Positions 53,570-64,000 of a stretch of 64,000 bases of DNA are shown piece after piece. The position numbers and the translations under genes were made by a program. The DNA lies in NCBI GenBank assembly GCA_016748015.1, contig JAAOMT010000675.1, positions 62,001 to 126,000 on the forward strand. The letters are read 5' to 3'. The notes below the pieces were generated by a model. That model worked only from the letters and a program-made list of their open reading frames with translations. It had not been told where the DNA came from and made no database searches. This DNA is from Geosiphon pyriformis uo1 (Eukaryota; Fungi; Glomeromycota). Numbering within the stretch: position 1 is the stretch's first letter; each line of letters starts with the position of its first letter.

Positions 53570-56166
53570 ATATCATGACTTTTGACATCTTTGGCAACAT
53601 TAAAGATGATTCAAAATACTTTCATGAGCACTACCAAAACCTGGCACTAACTAAAGAAGAGCAGAAACAAAGGCTAGTTGACCTAAACACAAAACTGTGC
53701 AATCATTTTTTGATCCCTTGTTACTTTCAGTACTGTAATAAATGTGATATTATGTTTAACCTACTTTCAAAAAAACTATATCTGATCACCAAATTACTGA
53801 AACTCAAGATAGAAAAAGAATTAATCACCGAAAACATGTTGTTTCAAAATCTAATTGAGAATATCAAAACAGAATAGTATTTCACATATCCCAATCTATT
53901 TAAAGAATTAGAATTAAAATGGTATAGTGACAATGAAGAAAAAATTTGTTTCAAAAGAGTACATAACACTGATGCTAGTTTCAACTTATGATATCTTGAA
54001 CAATCACTCATAATTATAGTTCCATATTCTTTTATAACAATAGATCTTAAGATAGCATTAGAAATCTCTGTTAGTACAATAATACAAGTTGCCTTTTGAT
54101 CTAGTTTAACCAAAAAAGGAATTGACATAAAGGGAGGAATTATTGATGCTGGTTATAGAGAAAATATTATTGTGATATTGCAGAACAATTCAAATAAACC
54201 CTACAAAATAGAATTACATGACAAAATAGCCCAAGCTATCTTTTTGCTCTTAGTGAAAATACCACAATTAACCCTAGTGACAACTCACAAAGAATTAGGC
54301 CTTACCACTAGAGGAATCAATGGATTCAAATCAAGTAGAAAAGGAAACATACCAGTTAATTTTATGGAGGAAGATAGTGACAAAGTAGAACTTATCTACA
54401 CCAACACCATCATTTCTATCCTTCTATACTGACAATACATTCTTAAAATGAACAAAACAATCCAAAATCAAGCTCTGTTATTCGAAGTGGATTCTGAAAT
54501 CTGTTCTCTAGCCAATGTTGCTAACTTATACCTATCAGCAAAGGCTCATAAGCACTTTAAAATCCCAATTTACAATTTGACTGAAAATGTTATAGAAATT
54601 CCAGAGGGAACTTTTGTTGGTTCCATATTTCCAGATATTCAGAATTCAGATAAACCCCAATTCATTCCAAATTTTGCACAATTGTTCTTATTCTGTGATA
54701 TTATCTCACAAGTATAGAACCTGCCAAAAAAAAGTTACTTGTTCATACCAAAAGAAATCAATAAATTCAATTTGGGAAACCTGAGCACTTTACAACAAAT
54801 GCAACTTAAGGTTCTATTGAACCAATATGCTGATATCTTTGCCAGCAAAAATGAGTTTGAACACACTGATATCATAAAGCATCAGATTGATATGGGAGGT
54901 GCTTGACTGATTAAACAACAGGCTTACCAAGTGCTCCCATCTGGTGACAATCTTATTAAACAAGAAGTCTAACAAATGCTCAACAATGGCTTAATCAAGG
55001 AATTGTTAAGCTCTTGATCCTCTTCAGTAATTCTGGTTATCAAGAAAAATAGAAAAGTACAATTCTGTGTGAATTATCAAAAATTAAATAGCATCACCTG
55101 AAAAGATAGTTATCCCACTCTTTTTATCCAAGGAATTCTGGACAATTTAGGAAAAAAAAAATAGTTCTTATCATTAAATTTAGCCAGCAGATATTGGCAG
55201 ATTGAAATGGATTTCAAAGATAAAAAAAAAATGGTATTTACCACTCAAGATGGAAACTTCAAGTTTAATGTAATGCTTTTCGAACTCTACAATGTTTTTG
55301 CCATGTTTCAATGCCTTATGAATGTTATGTACAAAGAAATTCTTTAGAAATCAGTCATAGTTTACTTAAACAACACAAACATATTCTCTAAAATGTTCAA
55401 CAATTATTTGTTTCATCTTCAACAAGTCTTTGAATGCCTCCAAAATGCTGGATTAAAACTCAATCCCAAGAAATGTTTCTTTGGGAAAACCAAGTTGAAA
55501 TTTCTAGAACACATAATCAGCAAAGACAGAGTCAAACCTAATTCAGACAAGATCCAAAAAGTTAAAAATTTTCCAGTTCCAATCAACCTCCAAGAGTTAC
55601 AAGAATTTTTAGAATTGGCAGGATACTATTGCTGATTTGTGAAAGGGTTTTCAACTATCACAAAACTTTTTCACCACTTGTTATCCAAATATGTGCTGTA
55701 CCTGTGGAAAGAAGATCAACAAAAAGCCTTTAACTATTTCAAGCAGCAACTGATCATATCTCCAATATTAATTTACCCTGATTTCACTAAACATTTCATT
55801 GTCGCTACAAATGCCTCGACAAATACACTAGGAGTCATTTTGTCACAAATAGAACCAGACAACAGAGAATATCTAATTGCATATACTAGTTGTAACACAA
55901 GTCTAGCTGAGAAAATTTATAGTGCAATGGATCTAGAATGTTTCACCATCTATCGGACAGTACAAACATGGAAACACTACCTTAGTCAACTATTTGACCT
56001 ATATACAGATTATAAGAGACTCATCTGGTTATTCAATAACCCACAACTAGAAAAAAAATATGCAAGATAGAGTACTTATCTGCAACAATTTCCACTCAAA
56101 ATTTATTACAAAAAAGAATCCAAGAACACTAATACTGACAGTTTGTTGAGGATACCACAAACCTAA
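53570..56166 (+). pseudogene. E9 pol: Cys-rich insert, dUTPase (~53920-54345), RT, RNase H
   Basis: GGIIDAGYREN, KIAQAIF, TRGINGFKSS; RT ORF 55393-55635; RNase H ORF 55639-56070; stop at 56164-56166. Confidence 0.9.
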
Positions 56167-56176
56167 TCCCAGATCC

Positions 56177-57544
56177 ATGAACACAACCAATTATTACCAA
56201 CTACATCAGTACCTATCAACACTATGTTTCAAGGAGATATTATCTCAACAGGAATGAAGTACTATATAAAAACAAGCCCAAAATTACTTTATTTAAGACA
56301 ACCAACTATATTGATGAAAATGCTGAAACCATTCCACCCCACAATGAATTATCAAAAACAATGAAAAGGAAACTATATTACATAGTATGCATTCTGATCC
56401 AACTGCAAGACACTTTAACAAAGATGTTATCCTCGAAAAAACACTAAATTTATACTATTGGCCAATAATATACAAAGACATTTTTGAATATGTGTTCAAG
56501 TGTGACTTATGTTAGCAAAGAGAAGAAGCAAGATCAACAGAACCACTTCAACCCATTCTAGTTGAAAATCTATTTGATAGAATTGAAATCAATTTGGTTG
56601 AACCTCTCTTAATTACATCCCAAGAAAATTGCTATATTACTGTAGCCATAGACTATCTTACAAAATGGCCAGAAGCCAGAGCAATTCAAGTGGCTGATGC
56701 CAAAACAGTAGCCAAATTTGTGCATCAAGACCTAATTTGCCAACATGGATGCCCAAAAAAATTATTATCTGATCAGGGAACATATTTCATTAATAATACA
56801 CTAACTGAATTAAGCCAACAGTTTGGAATAAAGTGATTCTTATTATCATTATACCACTCACAAATGAACAGACTGATAGAACAATTTAACTGAACACTGT
56901 GCAAAGCACTAGCAAAAATAAGTCATAAAAACAAACAAGAATGGGACTTATTCATACCTTCTGTACTTTTTGCATACCGAATATTGAAACAAAATACAAT
57001 TCAGTTCACACCATTTGAACTAGTCTATGGAAGAAAAGCTATGTTATCAATTGAACAAGTGATACCATTATACTCAACAGAAACAATCAACAAACAGAGT
57101 TTTGAAGCTATCTTATACCAAAAAACATACCAGCTAATAGAAATGTTGGAAGACAATTAAAAAACAGCAGCTAACAATATTAATTATGCTTAAGAATGAC
57201 AAAAAGAAAAACATGATAACTGCCTACCAGAACAACCAATGGAATTTAAGATTGGAAACCAAGTACTGTTATATCATACAAAAGCTAAAAAACAGTGGAG
57301 TGGAAAATTTGACCCAAAGTAGGATGGTCTATTCAACATACACGAAGCTTTAGGAAATAGAGCTTACAAATTATGATTGGAAAACAGAATTTTAAAGAAA
57401 GTAGTGCATGGAAATCAGTTAAAAATTTATCATGCAAAACAGGAATTATCATCATTAGTACCTCAGCTAGGAACACAAATTTCATTAATCAGACCAGAAA
57501 ATATATCATGAAATCTGAAACCAATTATTTTTATCGAAATGTAG
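56177..57544 (+). pseudogene. E9 integrase (own ATG, MNTTNYYQL)
   Basis: HSDPTARHF..CDLC, DYLTKWPEARA, LSDQGTYF; ends PIIFIEM*. Confidence 0.9.
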
Positions 57545-57591
57545 ACAATGTGCAGCAAATTAAATTAGCAAGAAATAATAGAATTTTCAAT

Positions 57592-58328
57592 ATGGACTTG
57601 TCAGATCAAATTCTACAACTTTTAAAACAACTATTTAACACAATTCAACAATTTTTTGCTTAAATAAAAGTGACAATCAATAAAAAAAAAATACACTATA
57701 AAGATAGGAGCAAGAAAGAGATGGGCATGAATTCAACTAAAACTAACTGTTCCTATCTTTACACCCATCCGAGAAAGGAATTTTATAAAAAAAAATTAAA
57801 TTGTCTCAGGCAGGGCTTGAAGAAAGAGTGGAGGAATGAAAAAAAGGTTATAAAAGAAGATACTTAGTCTCTGAGCTAGAAAAAATCAAAGAAGCTTTAA
57901 CTCATGGGATCAATCTCCCTAAAACAAGAGAATGGACACCAGACAATACAAAAAAATGGAAAAAAAAACTTCCTTCAGCTTATTGGTTCTATAAAATGTG
58001 TGAACAATTAGACTTAAAGATGTTATATGGAGACTTTAGCCAGAAAACTTTCAACAAAGAAGCAATACAACAAGTAAAAAAATTTATAGGAAGAAGCAAT
58101 TTGATCCTATATTACAAAGCAGCATACTGACTATATACCACTTTTCAACATTGTTTAAATATACTGTTGTATGGATTTATAAAGATGATAACAATTAACA
58201 ATATAGAACAAATTACCAATTGACAGTTCGAAAATCTATGAAAAACAATACTTGACACAACCATCAAACATTACACAAACAAAGACATAAAAACAGATAC
58301 AAATGATTTTGTAGGAGCTCAATTCTAA
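57592..58328 (+). pseudogene. E9 ORF3 (divergent homologue)
   Basis: MDLSDQILQLLKQLFNTIQQ .. DFVGAQF*; the stop runs into the PPT. Confidence 0.7.
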
Positions 58329-58342
58329 AAAGAGAGAGATAA

Positions 58343-59392
58343 TGTTATCCAAGTAGAAAAACTGATCTGAAGTTATGAAAAAACGTAACCAGAATGTGAC
58401 ATAACACAGAATAGCATACAATAATGTTGGATAATGCATTATAACTTAGGATAGTGCAGAATAATGCATTATAACATAGGATAACACAGAATAACATATA
58501 ATAATACCAGATAATATGTTATAACATAGGATAACTAGTAATAACATAGAAAAACAAAGCAATAACAGAAATAACAAAGCAATAATTAGCAATAACAAAA
58601 CAATCAGAAGCAATCCTGTAAAACCAAAAAAATGTATATAAGTGAGTAGTTATAGAAGGTAGAAAAAAAGACAGATAGATATAAATCACTAAACAAAAAT
58701 CAAATATTCTTACCCCTTCTATTATTTATTCTATTCTATCTTTATCTTCTGAAATAAAATCAATTATCAAGAAATCAAAATCACAAATTTATGTTCTCAA
58801 ACTTTGTGGAATTTACATAAATTAACTATTGTATTGTATCTTTGTTCCAAAACAAATGCTCTTAGCATAACTGCTTTAAACTATTAATGATTTGGACCAA
58901 TTGCTCTTGATCATGGTGATTGATAATACTAATTTTTATTTTTTTTCTTTTTTTTATTTTTCTTTTTTTTATTTTTATTTTTTTTTATTTATTTTTTTTA
59001 TTTTTTTATGAAGCAGCAACATAGTAAAATCAACTGTCTGGAAATAGACTTTGTGATAGCCTAGTAAAAAAGAGAAGCTCTCTCTAAATTTTTGGATATT
59101 AACATTATCTTAATAGTTTACCAGAAGAGTGAAAAGACAATGCCAGACCCTAATGACTGTGCTTATTAGCTTGGAGAAAAAAGCACTTTTATAAAAAGTT
59201 GTAATTAGTGAGGACCAAAACTCTGTGCCTTATAACCAAAAAACTCAATGGGTAAATTTACAACCAGTAAAGAAGACTTTCAGAGACTGATAATTAAGAC
59301 TAAGCCAGCAGAATTATGCAAAACATGCCTTATCAATAATTGAGAGCACCAAACATTACCATCTCCCAATCTCACTAAGTATACCCATAACA
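58343..59392 (+). repeat. E9 3' LTR (distinct family, 1050 bp)
   Basis: TGTTA..TAACA; ATAAC-type U3 repeats; GTATATAA near 58634. Confidence 0.82.
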
Positions 59393-59871
59393 CCATAGAC
59401 AAGATAATAGCAAAAGTAAAGTTGTCAATAGAAATACCAAAAACAACAGTATTACAATAAGAGATAACCAAAAAAACTTGAAATTGGTGATTACAACAAT
59501 ATTCAAAAAACTTTTGCTATTATCACTTAGAACAGATTCTCAATATTCAGAATTTATATACTGACAAGACAAAACAGGTATTTAATACAACAATACAATA
59601 ACAACAGGAACAATTTGTGAGGAAAAACAATCTGTTTATACAAGCATAAGCCATATATTAGTTACATGTAAGATTTTAAGATCAATCAGTCATACTATTT
59701 AACCTAGTAATAAATACAGTTACTATTAATTAATTGGGAAAAATAACCAATGCCCAATTTAAAAAATTACAGATCAAAGTAACATAAGTAATTCTTGAAA
59801 AAAAAGTTTAGAAGTTAATCAAAAAAAGAGAGTTAGGAAGTATAAGAGATTTCAATAGAGTTCAACATTAA
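59393..59871 (+). pseudogene. E5 ORF3 C-terminal remnant
   Basis: Closely similar to the reverse complement of 9571-10045; ends DFNRVQH*. Confidence 0.75.
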
Positions 59872-59884
59872 AAGAAGGAGATAA

Positions 59885-60775
59885 TATTACTCATAGAATA
59901 TAAGAATTATATATTAATATACAAATTAGCCAATTAGAATGAGATATAGTAAAAGTGGAATTCCAGGATTTTTCTCAGAGAAATCACAGAATTCCAGAAT
60001 TATAGGATTCCAAAATTCCAGAATTTTTCTCAAAGAATTACAAGATTCTAGAAATTCCAGAATTTCTGGCTAAAAAATTGAGGAATTCAAAAAATCTTGT
60101 ATAATGAAAATTATGTATATATAACAATAGTATTAGAAACAAAAAGAGCAGAATTTCTAAGTTAGAATTCTTAGTTTAGAATCTTCAGTTCCAATTCTCA
60201 TCTATTTTTTCATATGATAGTATTCTATGACTTGAAGTGAAAACATCAAATATTAATAAAATACTTATTAAATTATTACTATATATTTTTCTGCTATCAA
60301 AAACTCATATTAATAGTTGCTAATACTTAATTGCATTAAACCAATAGCTTTTGATCACAGCTATTGACAGAATACTAACTCTTTCTTGCTTTGACTTATT
60401 TCTTTATTTTTTTATTTTATTTTATTTTTTTTTATTTTGTTATTATTTACTAATTAATTAAAGATTAACATGCAGAGTTATCAATGTCAAAGTGACTGGT
60501 AAAAGACCTAGGAATAAGAGTAAAACACTTATAAATTGAAGATAACTTACCAGGAAGATTACTGACCATTACACTGAAAAAAAAATTTGACGGAATTGTG
60601 ATTCTGAAAAGTGATGGATAAAAACAACACTTGAATCTCTGTTCATTATACAAAAAACTCCACTAAAATCTTTAGATACAAAAACCTTCAAATATCACCA
60701 AACATAATTCAGCTATTGAGCACCAAGTTATGGGTTTGTTATTTGTTTCTATACTCCAAATAATCATTTGTAATA
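59885..60775 (+). repeat. E5 3' LTR
   Basis: Pairs with 32302-33219; preceded by PPT AAAAGAAGGAGA. Confidence 0.9.
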
Positions 60776-61010
60776 ACACTTAAAAATAACTTTTTAATTG
60801 TCTTTAATTTGTTTTAAAATAATTTGTCTTTAATAACAAATAAGTTTATATTTAAAACAAAATATTTTTTTATAAATACATTCATTTTAAAATTAAAAAA
60901 AATTAAAAAAAGAAAAAACACCATATTTTTTTTTATATTAAAGTTCAAAAACCCAAGAAAAAAATTATCTACTACATTAATATTAACTTTCTTTGTCTTA
61001 AGAATATTAG

Positions 61011-61400
61011 TTATAAAATCAAAATGGCTTTTGTTTTTATTGTCTGTTTTATAATTGTTACTAACTGAAAAATACTGTTATTTTTATTACTTAACTCAGC
61101 TTTGATGTTAGAAAACATATCAGCACTATCAAAAAGTCTGCTCAAAGACACATTTTTTTTATCACCTAAGTGTTTCATATTGTCAACTAAAATTCTCTGC
61201 TTTTGAGAAAAGATATCACTAGCTAGACCATGAAGAGTCCCTTTGGCCACCTTTTTTTTGAACATACTACTGCTTGAAACAGCCACCAGTTCTACTACAA
61301 AAGAATTCTTTTCTTGAGAAATTGTGAAGAAAATAATAAGAAAAATAAAAACTTTTTTGAAAAATTGCTGCTTTTTGAGGGATATTGGGATTTATGAGAG
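61011..61400 (-). mobile_element. Possible 5' fragment of a different decayed repeat (non-LTR ORF1-like N-terminus)
   Basis: CpG-free Ser/Lys-rich ORF (MAVSSSSMFKKKVAKG..) after a pyrimidine-rich leader; identity from recalled resemblance only. Confidence 0.3.
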
Positions 61401-62591
61401 AAAAAAGTTTTTTTTAAAATTATATAAATATAATAATAACAACAAGCATTAAAAAGTTTTAATGTTAAGTTGTTTTTAAATCAATTATTTTAATGTAATT
61501 GTTAAAAATGAGTTGATTTTAAAAAATAAAAAATGTGTATTAATTTTAATGTTTAAATTTTTTATTTATGAATTTAATGAACGACCACAATTGCATTATC
61601 TTTACAAAAATATGTTTTTTTAAGGTCTATTTAACGTATTTTTAAAAACGCTATTATTTTTTAATCGTACCATTAAAAATAATAATTTTTTATTTAGCAT
61701 ACCTAATATTACTTGAACAACTTATCAGTTAACGATTCAAATAGGAAATATTTCGTAAGAAAAATTGTGTGCTGCGGTCTATGTTCCATATTATGATATT
61801 TGAATTGAAAAGTTCTAACCACTCCTTAATAATTAGGGTGAAAACTCGCTGGGTTACTATCACTTGAATTTGTTGCACAAGTAAAACACCGGCAAGGTAG
61901 CTTATGAAATTTTTCATTTGAAGATTAAATATATTCTTCAAATTGATAGGTTCCATCCCTGATCAATTGTCAGTTGGCTTTTTTCCGAAGAAAATTTTAT
62001 AATGATCTGGTTTTGCTAACAATGAATAAAAAATTATTTTATTATTTTCTTAAACTTTAACATATTTGTTATATTTTTTGTTTTTAAAAAAACATTTTTT
62101 TTATAAACGATAATATTATTAAACAAAGTAACCTTACATTTTAAGTTCAAAATATTTAAAACTAATACAGTAATAATGCAAATTAATACTGTGTTATAAT
62201 TTTATTTTTAAAAGTAAAAAAGTTAAAAATAATTTGATATAATAATATTACATATATTAAACAAACTATATATCTTGTAAATTAAAATAAACATAATAAC
62301 CTTTATAAAACTTTCGCCGATATTTTTCTTAATTTAAACTGAGATGGCCAAAGACAAAAAAGATATGATTCGGGTAGAAATTGTTCAAAAGTTAACTAAT
62401 ATAAATGTAAATTTCGATTGATTATCTCTTATGATAGAGCTTCTAGCCAAGAATAAGCTCGATCACATGAAACTGATCATTTCATATCAGCATGTAGTCG
62501 ATCTTTAGTGCCCCCTCTTGCCGTTATTCAATTAAATCGTCTTAAGTTCCTGAATATTCTTACGAACGCTTATTCATACTTCTACAAGAAT

Positions 62592-63550
62592 ATGGCCAAA
62601 GGTTTGTTCCTTTCAAGAAGCCTAATCAAAACTGCTTTTTCAATTTTCTGTGCATATTTGGATCTTTTCGTTGTAACTAAGGCTGGGTCCAAGCTGCTCA
62701 ATAGTCAATTATACAAACGTTGACTTGCCTTATCATGTAACCTTCTTTTATTCCACTTTGAGTCTAATCTCACCTATTTTCTCATCAAGTACCTCGCAAC
62801 TTTAGACTTCTCGAAGAACTCGAAAAGGGTGAAAAAGGCATCGGTGATGGTACTTGTAGTTATGGTCTTTCAAGCGGTGACGACGTATATATGAGTGATT
62901 GGAATGGAACGATTATAGGTCCAGGTCATGTAGGTGGCCTCGGGCATTTCTTTTATATACTTTAGTTCCTGTACCATTGAAAATATTATCTGATTAAATG
63001 ATATTACAAACCTTCCTTGATCTCCCCTATTTTTGACTTCGATTCGGGCTGGTTCGATCCTACATCTTTTTCTAGACAATCCATGAAAATCGAATTTATA
63101 GCCTGAAGCTTCATTGTGATGATAATTACCCTGATTCCCCTCCTTCAGTTTTCTTCATATCGAGAATCAATTTGCCGTGTGTCAATCAGCAGACAGGGAA
63201 AGTAAGTATATCAAATGAATTTCTTTGGAAACTTTTAACCCTAACATAATTCAGATCCCCTAATTACCATCAATATCTGGTTCACTCGATATAATTATTT
63301 TTATTAGGTTGAGCCGACTAAGTTAAACTGTCTTGCCAATTGGAAGAGAAACTTCACGCTAGAAACCGTTTTAACAGAGTTGCGTCGGTAAATAATAATT
63401 GGTTTTCAAATTTTATCATCTATTCTCCATCTTTTCTTCTCAATGTTTCATGTACTAAAACTTTTATTGACCTATATTCCGCTCGGCAGGGAAATGGCCA
63501 ACCCTCATAATAAAAAATTACCTCAACCACCAGAAGGTTCTACTTTCTAG
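62592..63550 (+). CDS. MMS2: Ubiquitin-conjugating enzyme E2 variant (Mms2/Uev1), 138 aa; exons 62592-62601, 62790-62929, 63076-63201, 63308-63387, 63490-63550
   Basis: Spliced translation [75 protein letters not shown]; four GT-AG introns keep the frame (417 nt). Confidence 0.97.
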
Positions 63551-64000
63551 TAACTCTCTCGTTACACCCTAATCTCAGAAAATGGATGATGATGAAAATA
63601 GTAAAGATTAAAGTGGAATATCAAGTGGCAATAACATTAATTTGTATGATGAAGATCTGGATATTTCGCGCATTATCTCTTTAATGAGTGTGTTATTTGG
63701 ATAAGCCACTATGATTATTGGCTCGGGAATCAAGATTTAATTATGAAATTAATAGGATCCCAAATCATTCTACAGAACTGGAATATCTTTATTTGAAACC
63801 TAATTTATTGTACAATATATTGAAAAAAAAATTTTACTTCGTGTTAATCAGTTCTTGAATGGTTTATTTTTTTAAATATAGCATAGTGAATTTTCTGACT
63901 TTGAAAGCTGGAATATATTTATATTTCTTTCTCTAATTTCATAAGGCATTATTTGGATGTAAAATACAATTATATAAAACGTAGCCCTTTCTCAAGTATA

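Larger units (their letters stand above)
53570..59392 (+). mobile_element. E9: 3' half of a divergent Ty3/Gypsy element (Cys-rich, dUTPase, RT, RH, IN, ORF3, PPT, 3' LTR) inserted in ORF3 of E5
   Basis: PPT AAAAAGAGAGAGA then TGTTA at 58343; LTR ends TAACA at 59392, where E5 ORF3 resumes. Confidence 0.85.
32302..60775 (+). mobile_element. E5: Ty3/Gypsy element bounding nested E6-E9; its own RT/IN deleted
   Basis: Very similar LTRs 32302-33219 and 59885-60775; PBS at 33222; PPT 59870-59881; flanks GCAT/ACAC are an imperfect TSD and the host gag does not resume on the right. Confidence 0.75.

Noticed and set aside
37152-59392. E6 and E9 as one element
   Set aside because: The 3' LTR at 58343 is unrelated to LTR-A, and its right flank is E5 ORF3, not the dUTPase site where E6 inserted.
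62344-62400. Alternative MMS2 start (ATGGCCAAAG also occurs at 62344)
   Set aside because: Not followed by a GT donor; the copy at 62592 is followed by GTTTGT and splices in frame.
62870-63079. Minus-strand ORF (and 62508-62723 on plus)
   Set aside because: They overlap the spliced MMS2 gene and are shadow ORFs.

Overview
AT-rich, CpG-depleted eukaryotic DNA, almost certainly fungal. A Glomeromycotina/Geosiphon-like origin is my inference from recalled protein resemblance, not a search. Bases 1-60775 are a nest of decayed Ty3/Gypsy LTR retrotransposons: nine element bodies (E1-E9) plus solo LTRs, with TGTTA..TAACA termini, 4-bp TSDs and a shared tRNA primer site TGGTGCTCYCTGTGAGG. Only E7 (39236-49193, minus) is structurally complete. 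The elements share an unusual layout: long Gag (capsid + CCHC), protease, ~250 aa Cys-rich/acidic insert, dUTPase, dUTPase-like repeat, RT, RNase H, STOP, then an integrase with its own ATG, then an extra ~230 aa non-membrane ORF3 ending at the PPT. All 12 scorable insertion sites have a CA/TG/TA central dinucleotide, and two TSD pairs resolve directly to an ancestral CpG. The LTRs carry conserved RNA hairpins, one occluding the PBS. A 1127-bp exact duplication around a 20-N gap is an assembly artefact. From ~61.6 kb CpG reappears, and an intact 5-exon MMS2/UEV1 gene lies at 62592-63550. Domain coordinates inside decayed ORFs are approximate.
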